A stretch of DNA of 64,000 nucleotides from Roseibacillus sp. (lineage in GTDB: Bacteria; Verrucomicrobiota; Verrucomicrobiia; Verrucomicrobiales; Akkermansiaceae), in assembly GCA_965242925.1 (NCBI GenBank), contig CBDEUM010000012.1:160001-224000 (forward strand), read 5' to 3'. The notes beneath the pieces were generated by a model, which saw only the letters and a program-made list of their open reading frames with translations, searched no databases and was not told the origin of the DNA. Made by a program: the position numbers and the translations under genes. Below, piece by piece: positions 1-8,805 of the stretch. Position 1 is the first letter of the stretch; each line of letters begins with the position of its first letter.

Positions 1-315
1 CACGATGTCAATCTTCACCTGGGCCTCACCACAGATCTTCCCAATATCTTTCGTCATACGCTCGATCTCCGATCCCTTCCGTCCGATCACGAGACCAGGA
101 CGGGAGGTATGAAGCGTGACGCGAACGCTGTTCCAGGCCCGTTCGACAACCACCTTGGAGAGAGCGGCAAACTGAAGACGGCCACTCAGATACTTGCGGA
201 CCTTCAGGTCCTCATGGAGCTTCTCGCGGTAGTCCTCGCCCTCGGCGTACCACTTGGAACGCCAATCGTGGTTAACAACGAGTCGGAATCCGATAGGATT
301 TACTTTATGTCCCAT
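1..315 (-). CDS. rpsC: 30S ribosomal protein S3 (5' part, runs off window edge)
   Basis: Manual translation from ATG at 315: MGHKVNPIGFRL...WRSKWYA...TSRPGLVIGRKGSEIE; directly follows rplV. Confidence 0.97.
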   Translation of the reverse strand, partial: MGHKVNPIGFRLVVNHDWRSKWYAEGEDYREKLHEDLKVRKYLSGRLQFAALSKVVVERAWNSVRVTLHTSRPGLVIGRKGSEIERMTKDIGKICGEAQVKIDIV

Positions 316-340
316 AATTCTTGGTGTTGGGGAAAGGGTA

Positions 341-952
341 TCAGTCTTCTTTCTTTTCTTCCTCCGCGGCCTGCTGGCCCTCGGAGGACTCATCGGAAAC
401 TTCCTCTGCGATTTCGCTCACCTCGTCGATTGCTTCCGCTTCGGGTTCATTAGAGATCTCCTCCGTAACTGGAGCAGACTCAACATTGGTCAGATCGTCG
501 TTTTCCTGCGTAGCCGGCACCTCTTCCTCCGTCTCCTCGATCTCAGGCTCTTTCACCTTCGGCGCGGGCTTCTTCTTGCTCTTGGGCTTGCGGTCGCGAG
601 CGGGCTTCTCCTCCACTTCCATTTCATCGGTGAGGATGATATAGATGTGACTGGTGCGTTTGCGGATGGCGCTGGCCGATCCGCGAGCACGGGGCTTGTA
701 GCGACGGAAGGAGGGGCCATCCGAGATGTTGGCTTCCTTCACATGGAGGCTGTCAGCCGCCAGGTCGTGATTGTTCTCGGCATTGGCCACCGCGCTCTTG
801 AGCGTCTTTCCGATCAGAAAGGCCGCCTTCTTGGGGGTGAAATTGAGGGTATCGATGGCGTCGGATACCGGGAGACCTTGAATCTCACGGGCCACATCCC
901 GTGCCTTCTTGGGCGAGATGCGCGCATACTTGTAAACGGAACGAACTTCCAT
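341..952 (-). CDS. rplV: 50S ribosomal protein L22 with ~90-aa charged C-terminal extension
   Basis: MEVRSVYKYARISPKKAR...SAVANAENN...PRARGSASAIRKRTSHIYI; start moved to ATG 952 (track start 1051 overlaps the upstream gene). Confidence 0.97.
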   Translation of the reverse strand: MEVRSVYKYARISPKKARDVAREIQGLPVSDAIDTLNFTPKKAAFLIGKTLKSAVANAENNHDLAADSLHVKEANISDGPSFRRYKPRARGSASAIRKRTSHIYIILTDEMEVEEKPARDRKPKSKKKPAPKVKEPEIEETEEEVPATQENDDLTNVESAPVTEEISNEPEAEAIDEVSEIAEEVSDESSEGQQAAEEEKKED

Positions 953-969
953 GACAGGAGGGGGAGAGA

Positions 970-1686
970 TTAGTTCTTCTTGAGGGAAGCGGTGTCGTTG
1001 AATCGCACCGGATTGTTTTCGTTTTGGAGTTGCTGAACGAACACCCCGCAAATATCGGGGCGCACATCGGCCACCATCGCTTCAGCCACTACCTGGTCGC
1101 CACGCATGATGTTAAAAATCATTCCGATCCGCGCATTCTCCTTCGTGCCCACGTTAAGCACCACCAGACCACTCTTTTCATCGATGCTCTTGACGAGAGC
1201 ATGCTGGAGATTTCCACGGTCGATATTCTGTTCAGGTTTGTTGCGCAATCCCAGTTCCACCTCCAGAGCCCGCAGGTGAGCCTCAAGTTGAGATCGGGCC
1301 TCGGGATCGGCTGTGATGGCGGTCTTGATGAAGGCCTGCGCCGCAGCCGAAAGACGGATGGAAGTTTCCTCCAACCGGCGCAGACGGCGGTCCAGCACGG
1401 TCACGTTCTGCCAGGCCTCCACCGTACGCTCATCGCCATCGCTGAGGAGATCCTTGCCCAAGGCCTGCAGTCGCACCTTGATCTTGACCAGTGCCTCGGC
1501 GGATTCCTTCTCGCGCCTGTTCGCTTCCACCAGGCTTTCTTGCAAACTGCCATTCCGGATTTTCAGTCGAGCGTTTTCGGCCTGGAGCCGAGTCAGGTCG
1601 TCCAACTCCTGACCTCCGGCCACCGAAACTCCCGCCCCTGCCGCCAGAATGGCGCCGAGGATGAACTTTGCGGGAGTATACTTCAT
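970..1686 (-). CDS. Hypothetical exported protein (signal peptide, coiled coil, C-terminal beta-rich domain) between rpsS and rplV
   Basis: 238-aa ORF fills the gap with short spacers (38 nt after rpsS, 17 nt before rplV); MKYTPAKFILGAILAAGAGVSVAG is signal-like. Confidence 0.85.
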   Translation of the reverse strand: MKYTPAKFILGAILAAGAGVSVAGGQELDDLTRLQAENARLKIRNGSLQESLVEANRREKESAEALVKIKVRLQALGKDLLSDGDERTVEAWQNVTVLDRRLRRLEETSIRLSAAAQAFIKTAITADPEARSQLEAHLRALEVELGLRNKPEQNIDRGNLQHALVKSIDEKSGLVVLNVGTKENARIGMIFNIMRGDQVVAEAMVADVRPDICGVFVQQLQNENNPVRFNDTASLKKN

Positions 1687-1724
1687 GTGGAGCGAAGGGT
1701 GGAGTTGCAGGATTCTTCTACGCG

Positions 1725-1994
1725 TTATGTTTTGCCCACGCCCCCGTGAGCCCTGAAAATACGAGTGGGGGCAAATTCGCCCAGCTTGTGACCCACCATG
1801 TTTTCGGTGACATAGACATTGGTGAACACCTTCCCGCTGTGCACGAGGAAGGTGAGCCCCACGAAATCCGGCGTAATCATGGACCGGCGACTCCAGGTCT
1901 TGATTGGCTTCTTATCACCCTGGGCGACCGCAGTATCGATCTTGGCCAGAAGTTTCTGGTCAACGAAAGGACCTTTCTTGAGGGAACGTGGCAT
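1725..1994 (-). CDS. rpsS: 30S ribosomal protein S19
   Basis: [12 protein letters not shown]...KTWSRRSMI...[13 protein letters not shown]. Confidence 0.99.
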   Translation of the reverse strand: MPRSLKKGPFVDQKLLAKIDTAVAQGDKKPIKTWSRRSMITPDFVGLTFLVHSGKVFTNVYVTENMVGHKLGEFAPTRIFRAHGGVGKT

Positions 1995-2006
1995 GATTCA
2001 GAGTGG

Positions 2007-2849
2007 TTAACGCTTCTTCGACTTACGGCGCTCGACAATAACCTTATTGCTGGCCTTGTGTTTGGAGCGCGTACGCTGCCCCTTGGTATGACCCCAGGGT
2101 GACTTCAGGTGCTGGCGACCGCCGCCGGACTTGGACTTGCCCTCCCCGCCACCGTTGGGATGGTCGACCGGGTTCATGCACATTCCACGCACGGTCGGGC
2201 GGACACCCTTCCAGCGGGTCCGGCCGGCCTTGCCGGAGACCTCATTCATGTGATCGCGGTTTCCAACCTGACCGATCGTGCAATAGCAATTCTCGTGGAA
2301 GCGGCGGATTTCGCCCGACGGCATCTTGATCAGGGCGTATCCACCTTCCCGGTTGGAGACCACTGCCTGCTGTCCAGCAGATCGGGCCACCTTCCCTCCT
2401 CCTCCCGGACGCAATTCAATGTTATGAACGGCCGTTCCAAGCGGAACGCTCTTGAGAGGCATCGCGTTGCCGGGAGTAGGCGGAGCATTATCCCCTGCCA
2501 GCACGGTAGCTCCCACCTGAAGTCCCACCGGACAGAGGATATAAGCCTTCTCGCCATCGGAATAGTCAATGAGAGCGATACGGCAGGTCCGGTTCGGATC
2601 GTACTCCACCGCGATCACCCGGGCCTCCACCTCGCGCTTCCTTCGCTTGAAATCAATCAGGCGGTATTTGCGCTTGTGACCTCCGCCGATATGACGACAG
2701 GTGATTCTGCCCTGGTTGTTCCGACCCCCGCTCTTGGGAAGCGGTTCGGTCAGTCCCTTCTCGGGCTTCTTCTTGGTGATCTCCTCGTAGGTCGGCCACA
2801 TCTTGTAGCGGTTCGACGGAGTCACTGGTTTGAAGCTTCTAAGTGGCAT
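2007..2849 (-). CDS. rplB: 50S ribosomal protein L2
   Basis: [38 protein letters not shown]. Confidence 0.99.
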   Translation of the reverse strand: MPLRSFKPVTPSNRYKMWPTYEEITKKKPEKGLTEPLPKSGGRNNQGRITCRHIGGGHKRKYRLIDFKRRKREVEARVIAVEYDPNRTCRIALIDYSDGEKAYILCPVGLQVGATVLAGDNAPPTPGNAMPLKSVPLGTAVHNIELRPGGGGKVARSAGQQAVVSNREGGYALIKMPSGEIRRFHENCYCTIGQVGNRDHMNEVSGKAGRTRWKGVRPTVRGMCMNPVDHPNGGGEGKSKSGGGRQHLKSPWGHTKGQRTRSKHKASNKVIVERRKSKKR

Positions 2850-2937
2850 GATTGGAAATTGGTTAAATCGCTAAATCGTCAATTTGTTGATTCGGATCCG
2901 GCTTCCCTAATTCAAATCTATTCAACGGGTTGAATCG

Positions 2938-3222
2938 CTAGATGAGATCGATGGTGTCTCCGTCCTTCAGGCGAACCATGGCCTTCTTCCAGGATGCAGT
3001 CTTGCCCTGGTCCGCACGGCGCTCTCGCTTGACCTTGCCGCTGTAATTGGCCGTGCGCACGCCAATCACCTTCACCCCGAAGGCCTGCTCTACAGCACGC
3101 CTGATCTCGATCTTGTTGGCACGACGGTCCACCTTGAAGACGTATTCATTGTTGAGCTCCTGCAGCAGGGTGGACTTCTCGGAAAGTCTCACGTTATCGA
3201 TGACGGAGTAGATGTCTCTCAT
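2938..3222 (-). CDS. rplW: 50S ribosomal protein L23
   Basis: LSEKS, YVFKVDRRANKIEI, WKKAMVRL; operon position. Confidence 0.97.
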   Translation of the reverse strand: MRDIYSVIDNVRLSEKSTLLQELNNEYVFKVDRRANKIEIRRAVEQAFGVKVIGVRTANYSGKVKRERRADQGKTASWKKAMVRLKDGDTIDLI

Positions 3223-3242
3223 TGTTCAGTGGGGTTCGTTCC

Positions 3243-3854
3243 TTAGCTGGTCCGCGTCGCCAGCACCTCCAGGGCGTCGGCAGTAAGGATAATGGTATCG
3301 TGATAAAGAAGCTCCTCGATGGTGACCTCATTGGCCGGAAGACACATCACACCCGGGAGGTTCCGGTGGGCAAGGAGGGTCCTGTCATCGAACTTGGGCG
3401 CAACCACCAGAACCTTGGTGGCGTCGGTGATCTTCCGCACTTCAGCCTGGAAGGATTTCGTCTTGCCGTCTGCAATCTCAAACGAATCGACCACCTGGAT
3501 GCTCCCGTTCGCAATGCAATCGCCCAACACACGCTGGAGCGCCAGTTTGCGGATCTTCTTGGGAACATTCTTTGAGTAGTCACGCGGACGTGGGCCATGA
3601 GCCACTCCACCTCCGACATATAAAGGCACCTTCGAAGTGCGGTGACGAGCATTACCCGTGCCCTTCTGGCGGTACATCTTACTCCCGGTTCCCCGGATCT
3701 CTCCACGGGTCTTGGTGTTGGCGGTTCCCGAGCGACGATTCGCCTGGTAGGCCACGATCAGGTCGTGCACGGCCTGATCCCCCTTCTCGCGGTTTTCCAC
3801 GATGGTCAGGTTAGCAGCCTTGGCGGCTTCAAGAGTGAGCGTTTTGTCGGACAT
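3243..3854 (-). CDS. rplD: 50S ribosomal protein L4
   Basis: [35 protein letters not shown]. Confidence 0.98.
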   Translation of the reverse strand: MSDKTLTLEAAKAANLTIVENREKGDQAVHDLIVAYQANRRSGTANTKTRGEIRGTGSKMYRQKGTGNARHRTSKVPLYVGGGVAHGPRPRDYSKNVPKKIRKLALQRVLGDCIANGSIQVVDSFEIADGKTKSFQAEVRKITDATKVLVVAPKFDDRTLLAHRNLPGVMCLPANEVTIEELLYHDTIILTADALEVLATRTS

Positions 3855-3884
3855 GTTGCTTCCTGGTTAAGGGGTTCGGTGTAG

Positions 3885-4538
3885 TTATTCCGCGGCAGCA
3901 GGAGCGGACTTTTTCTTCGCAGGACGCACAACAACATAACTTCCCTTTGACCCCGGAACCGCGCCCGAAACAAGGATCACGTTGTCGTCCGGACGCACCT
4001 GCACGATTTTCAGGTTCTGAGTGGTGCGGTTGCGCTGACCATCGTGCCCGGGCATGCGCTGGTTCTTCCAGATCCGACCCGGCCAGGTTCCTGCTCCGAC
4101 CGCCCCGGGACGCCGGTGAGTCATATGACCATGGGAGCCGGGTCCGCCCGCGAATTTGTAGCGCTTGACCACGCCCTGAAAACCCTTCCCCTTGGTCGTG
4201 CCGATCACATCCACCCACTGGCCGTCCTGAAAGAGCCCGACACCCGGGTGGGACTCGGGAAGTTCTTCACCCTCATCCAGATGGAACTCCCGGATAACGC
4301 GTTTGGCGGAAATTCCGTGCTTCTTGAGATGCCCCATCGCCGGTTGCTTCATGCGCTGCTCCTTCTGGTCGGAGTATGCCACCTGCACCGCATTGTAGCC
4401 GTCCTTGCTGTCGCTCGTCTTGCGTTGTACGAACTCATTACCGGTCACATCGATCACGGTGACCGGGATCGCGCTCCCGGCCTCCTGGTCGAAGACCCGG
4501 GTCATCCCGATTTTTTTGCCAATCAGTCCTAGTGACAT
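3885..4538 (-). CDS. rplC: 50S ribosomal protein L3
   Basis: GKKIGMTRVF, DGYNAVQ, KGKGFQGVVKRY, GAVPG. Confidence 0.99.
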   Translation of the reverse strand: MSLGLIGKKIGMTRVFDQEAGSAIPVTVIDVTGNEFVQRKTSDSKDGYNAVQVAYSDQKEQRMKQPAMGHLKKHGISAKRVIREFHLDEGEELPESHPGVGLFQDGQWVDVIGTTKGKGFQGVVKRYKFAGGPGSHGHMTHRRPGAVGAGTWPGRIWKNQRMPGHDGQRNRTTQNLKIVQVRPDDNVILVSGAVPGSKGSYVVVRPAKKKSAPAAAE

Positions 4539-4570
4539 GGTTGCGTGGAGTTGAATATTTCGGTCTGGAT

Positions 4571-4879
4571 CTAGATGCGGATCGTAATGTCCACCCCGGC
4601 AGGGAGATTGAGTTTCTTGAGTTCGTCCACTGTCCGGGAGGTTGGATCCACAATATCGAGAAGACGCTTATGGGTCCTGATCTCAAACTGCTCGGCTGAT
4701 TTCTTGTTCACGTGCGGAGAGCGGTTCACGGAGAACTTCTCGATCCGGGTCGGCAGGGGAATCGGGCCCGCTATCTTCGCTCCCGTGCGCTTGGCCGTTT
4801 CCACTATCTCCATTGCGGACTTGTCGATCGCCCGATGGTCAAAGGCCCGGAGGCGGATTCTGATTTTCTGGTTTTCCAT
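4571..4879 (-). CDS. rpsJ: 30S ribosomal protein S10
   Basis: [35 protein letters not shown]. Confidence 0.99.
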   Translation of the reverse strand: MENQKIRIRLRAFDHRAIDKSAMEIVETAKRTGAKIAGPIPLPTRIEKFSVNRSPHVNKKSAEQFEIRTHKRLLDIVDPTSRTVDELKKLNLPAGVDITIRI

Positions 4880-4910
4880 GACGAGAGAAGGGTGTTGGTT
4901 CCGGGGCTGG

Positions 4911-7067
4911 TCAGGCGGCTACTGTTCCGCGTTCCTTGCAGATAGATTCCACTATCGACTGCGGAACGGGATCGAAACTGGCGGGAGTCATCACAAAAGA
5001 GGCGCGTCCCGATGAAATGGTACGAACGTCCGTCGCGTAGCCGAACATTTCAGCCAGGGGCACCTTTGCCCTCACGATGGCCACGTTGCCCTTGGTGCCC
5101 ATTTCCTGAATGTGCCCCCGTCGGCGGTTGATATCGCCCATGATGTCACCCTGGTATTCTTCCGGTGTGGTCACTTCCACATCCATGATGGGTTCCAGCA
5201 GGATGGGTCTGGCCTTCTTGAAGGCGTTCTTCATGGCGAAAATGGCCGCCATTTTGAAAGCGTTTTCGTTGGAGTCGACATCGTGCGATGAACCGTCCGT
5301 GATATTGACGTGCACGTCCACCACCGGATAACCGGCCACCACCCCGTTGGTCATGGCTTCTCCCACGCCCGCGTTGACCGCATTCATGTATTCCTTGGGA
5401 ATCGCTCCACCCACCACCAGGCTCTTGGTCGTCAGACCGCTTCCCTTTTCGCTGGGAGCCACATCAAGGACCACGTGCCCATACTGGCCGCGACCACCGG
5501 TCTGCTTCTTGAGAAGCCCCTCACCATCCGCTTCAGTCGTGATCGTCTCGCGGTAGGCGATCTGGGGCTTGCCCACGTTCGCTTCCACGCTGAACTCCCG
5601 TCGCAAACGGTCGATAATGACCTCCAGGTGCAGTTCCCCCATCCCGGAGATAATGGTCTGCCCGGTCTCCTCATCGGTATATACCACGAAGGTGGGATCC
5701 TCCTCCATGAGACGTCCGAGGCCCATCGACATCTTCTCCTGATCAGCAGTGGTCCTGGGCTCCACCGCCATCGAGATGACCGGTTCCGGGAAGCTCGGCG
5801 GCTCAAGTAAAATATCGAATTTCTGGGCACAAAGAGTGTCACCCGTGGTCACGTTCTTAATCCCCACGACAGCCGCAATGTCACCCGCATAGCAGGTCTG
5901 GATCTCCTCGTGCTTGTCAGCCTGGATCTGGATCAGGCGGCCAATCCGTTCCTTCTTGCGAGTTCGTGGGTTAAAGACCGTGTCACCCTTGGAAACCGTA
6001 CCGGAGTAAACGCGGAAGAAGACCAGTTTCCCCACGTACTTGTCGGCCCACAGCTTGAAGGCCAACGAGCAGAACTTTCCATTGTCATCCGTGGGAGCGA
6101 TCACTTCCACATCTTCATCATCTGCCTCCTGCCCCTTGGCGGCAGGAATCTCGAGCGGACTGGGGAGATAGTCCACCACTGCGTCCACCAGATACTGGAC
6201 CCCTTTATTCTTGAAGGCCGACCCCCCCGCAATGGGGACCACCTTGTTCGCAATGGTGGCGCGGCGCATCGCACGCTTGAGGTCTGTCACCGTGATTTCT
6301 TCCTCCTTGAGAAACTTCTCACCCAACTCGTCGTCAATGTTGGCGAGGGTGTCGAGAATCTCAACGTAAGCCTCCTCCGCGAGAATCAACTGCTGATCAT
6401 CGAGATCCATGATCTCAAAGGTCGAACCCAGTGCATCGTTCTCGGTGTAGACCACCGCCTTCTTGTTGAGCACGTCGATTTGCCCCTTGAGCTGGTCCTC
6501 TGCGCCGATTGGGATGAGAATCCGGAGCGGGGTGGCTCCCAGTTTCTCCCGCACCTCGTCCACCACGTGCTGAAAGTCCGCCCCCACCCGGTCCATCTTG
6601 TTGACGAATACGATGCGGGGAACACTGTATTTGGAAGCCTGCCGCCAGACTGTCTCGGTCTGCGGCTGCACGCCAGCCACTCCGCAGAAAACAACAATCG
6701 CTCCGTCCAGAACGCGGAGGGAACGCTCAACTTCGGCGGTAAAATCAACGTGTCCCGGGGTATCGATGATGTTGACCCGCTGTTTCTGTTCTTCGAACAG
6801 CTTGCAGACACTCTCGTCCTTCTCCTGGACCCACTCACAGGTCACCGCCGCAGAGGTAATGGTGATTCCCCGCTCACGCTCCTGCTCCATATGATCGGTA
6901 GTCGTTGCACCATCATGCACCTCCCCGATCCGGTGAATCATCCCGGTATAGAAGAGAATCCGCTCGGTAAGCGTTGTCTTCCCGGCGTCAATATGTGCCG
7001 CAATCCCGATATTCCGCGTCCGCTCAAGCGGGTACGGTCGATCGGGGCTGTTCGGACTTTCAGACAT
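4911..7067 (-). CDS. fusA: Elongation factor G
   Basis: [36 protein letters not shown]; likely start ATG 7067 (track start 7103). Confidence 0.99.
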   Translation of the reverse strand: MSESPNSPDRPYPLERTRNIGIAAHIDAGKTTLTERILFYTGMIHRIGEVHDGATTTDHMEQERERGITITSAAVTCEWVQEKDESVCKLFEEQKQRVNIIDTPGHVDFTAEVERSLRVLDGAIVVFCGVAGVQPQTETVWRQASKYSVPRIVFVNKMDRVGADFQHVVDEVREKLGATPLRILIPIGAEDQLKGQIDVLNKKAVVYTENDALGSTFEIMDLDDQQLILAEEAYVEILDTLANIDDELGEKFLKEEEITVTDLKRAMRRATIANKVVPIAGGSAFKNKGVQYLVDAVVDYLPSPLEIPAAKGQEADDEDVEVIAPTDDNGKFCSLAFKLWADKYVGKLVFFRVYSGTVSKGDTVFNPRTRKKERIGRLIQIQADKHEEIQTCYAGDIAAVVGIKNVTTGDTLCAQKFDILLEPPSFPEPVISMAVEPRTTADQEKMSMGLGRLMEEDPTFVVYTDEETGQTIISGMGELHLEVIIDRLRREFSVEANVGKPQIAYRETITTEADGEGLLKKQTGGRGQYGHVVLDVAPSEKGSGLTTKSLVVGGAIPKEYMNAVNAGVGEAMTNGVVAGYPVVDVHVNITDGSSHDVDSNENAFKMAAIFAMKNAFKKARPILLEPIMDVEVTTPEEYQGDIMGDINRRRGHIQEMGTKGNVAIVRAKVPLAEMFGYATDVRTISSGRASFVMTPASFDPVPQSIVESICKERGTVAA

Positions 7068-7112
7068 TCGGGGAAATGCGGCTGTAGCGGTGGCGAGCAT
7101 CAAATCTGTTTC

Positions 7113-7586
7113 TTACCAGCGGAAGTGGGCAAAGGCGCGGTTGGCCTGCGCCATCTTGTGAACGTCGTCGCGCTTGCGAACCGCTCCACCGGTATTATTG
7201 GAGGCATCCTTGATTTCATTGGCAAGGGCGACGTGCATCGGGGTGCCCTTGCGACCACGTGCAAATCCGATAATCCAGCGCATTGCGAGAGCTTCGGACC
7301 GGGAGGCCGCCACCTCGAGGGGAACCTGGTATGTGGCTCCACCAACCCGACGGCTTTTCACCTCCACCCGCGGCTTGGAATTCTCGAGCGCCCGCGTGAC
7401 CACCTCTAGCGGATCAACGGTGTCGGTTCCTTCATTGGCCTTATCGATGGCGGCGTAAACGATCCGCTCAGCCAGGGATCTCTTGCCATCCTTCATCACC
7501 TTGGCGATGAGATGTCCGATCAGATCGCTGTCGAACTTTGGATCCCGTCGATCGGGCTTGTGGTAAACTTTTTTTCTTCGGGCCAT
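7113..7586 (-). CDS. rpsG: 30S ribosomal protein S7
   Basis: EVKSRRVGGATYQVP, HKMAQANRAFAHFRW. Confidence 0.99.
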   Translation of the reverse strand: MARRKKVYHKPDRRDPKFDSDLIGHLIAKVMKDGKRSLAERIVYAAIDKANEGTDTVDPLEVVTRALENSKPRVEVKSRRVGGATYQVPLEVAASRSEALAMRWIIGFARGRKGTPMHVALANEIKDASNNTGGAVRKRDDVHKMAQANRAFAHFRW

Positions 7587-7619
7587 GCTAGTATCTCCCT
7601 TTTCGTTTTCAGGTTCAGA

Positions 7620-7994
7620 TCACTTCTTGGGCCGTTTGGCTCCATACTTGGAGCGACTCTGTTTCCGGTTCTCCACACCGAGGGTATCATGGGATCCCCG
7701 CACAATGTGATAGCGCACCCCTGGCAGATCCTTCACCCGGCCACCGCGCACGAGCACGATGCTGTGCTCCTGCAGATTGTGTCCTTCCCCTCCAATGTAG
7801 GCGATGATCTCGTAGCCGTTGGTGAGACGAACCTTCGCTACCTTACGGAGCGCGGAGTTCGGCTTCTTCGGCGTCCGGGTATATACCTGCAAGCACACTC
7901 CTCTTCGCTGCGGACAATTGGAGAGCGCCGGCGATTTCGATTTTCGGATCGCCTGCTTGCGGCCCTTGCGGACAAGTTGGTTGATGGTCGGCAT
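7620..7994 (-). CDS. rpsL: 30S ribosomal protein S12
   Basis: [34 protein letters not shown]. Confidence 0.99.
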   Translation of the reverse strand: MPTINQLVRKGRKQAIRKSKSPALSNCPQRRGVCLQVYTRTPKKPNSALRKVAKVRLTNGYEIIAYIGGEGHNLQEHSIVLVRGGRVKDLPGVRYHIVRGSHDTLGVENRKQSRSKYGAKRPKK

Positions 7995-8180
7995 GATTCC
8001 TGCTTCTTGAAAGTCTCTCGTCGGGTCATTGCATGCTCAAGGAGCGCAGAAGGCAGGCAACGAGGATGACCCTCGCAGGAAGCCTGTTATCCGGAGCTGC
8101 ACCCGATGAGCTGGTAAATCGCTGTTTTCCGCCGTTTTCCGTATGGAAATACGGATTCCATCCGCGATTTTGGGGCCGCG

Positions 8181-8208
8181 ACTATAGGAGTGCGCTCCCT
8201 GTTGACAA
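8181..8208 (-). promoter_or_regulatory. Putative sigma70 promoter of the str-S10 operon
   Basis: Minus strand TTGTCA (8208-8203), 16-nt spacer, TATAGT (8186-8181), then GC-rich CGCGGCCCC discriminator-like stretch. Confidence 0.6.
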
Positions 8209-8655
8209 GGCCTATTTCGGCAATTTTTTCAGGAGTTTTCCGTGCCGGAGTAAATCGTTAGTTTCTTCAGATTTCTTCTCTCCCCAAAGTGCCTCGAAAC
8301 ACCTCCAAGAGAGCAGGATAGTAAACTCCGCCTCCCATCTGCGGTCCCGCCAGCGAGGGGCGCAAGACCCAGGCGCGCCTTGCTGGTAAACTTCCCGCAG
8401 TCTCCGCTTCTCTGCGCAGCCTTTCCGGTGTCGATTACCCGAGGGAAGAAGGCCTTTGTTCGGAAACCGCTGCCTGCCCTCCCGGCCATTAAGGCCGTCT
8501 TTCCTGCCCCTGCCTTCCAAGCAGATTCCAACCTGGTATCCTGAGCCCCCATGGTGCTCCCGTAAGCTACCTGCTCCCCTCACTGATCGCTATTTTGCTG
8601 TCGACACCGTCGCAGTCAGAATATAGTCCCCCCGTCCCCGCACAGGGAGTAAATC

Positions 8656-8727
8656 GGCAGGGTAGCTCAGGGGTAGAGCAAAGGACTCATAAGCCTTGGG
8701 TCGGCGGTTCGAATCCGCCCCCTGCTA
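8656..8727 (+). tRNA. tRNA with CAT anticodon, non-initiator (elongator Met or Ile2); CCA not encoded
   Basis: Acceptor GGCAGGG/CCCTGCT, D-stem GCTC/GAGC, anticodon loop CTCATAA, T-arm GGCGG-TTCGAAT-CCGCC; position 1 is G paired, not the fMet C1 mismatch. Confidence 0.95.
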
Positions 8728-8805
8728 TTTTCCCTCCAGCATCGGGCTGGATTGGACGCATTGCGTTGACATTCAATAACCTGTGGCTCAGGTTCCTCTC
8801 CACTT

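Noticed and set aside
5910..7409. 499-aa plus-strand ORF
   Set aside because: Antisense shadow of fusA/rpsG; long antisense frames are expected with GC-rich codon usage; no motifs
8212..8583. Minus-strand ORFs of 107-123 aa upstream of the str promoter
   Set aside because: No recognisable motifs, Arg/Gly-rich composition typical of non-coding GC-rich DNA
8601..8627. Possible tRNA promoter TCGACA...TATAGT
   Set aside because: 15-nt spacer is short; plausible but too weak to list as a feature
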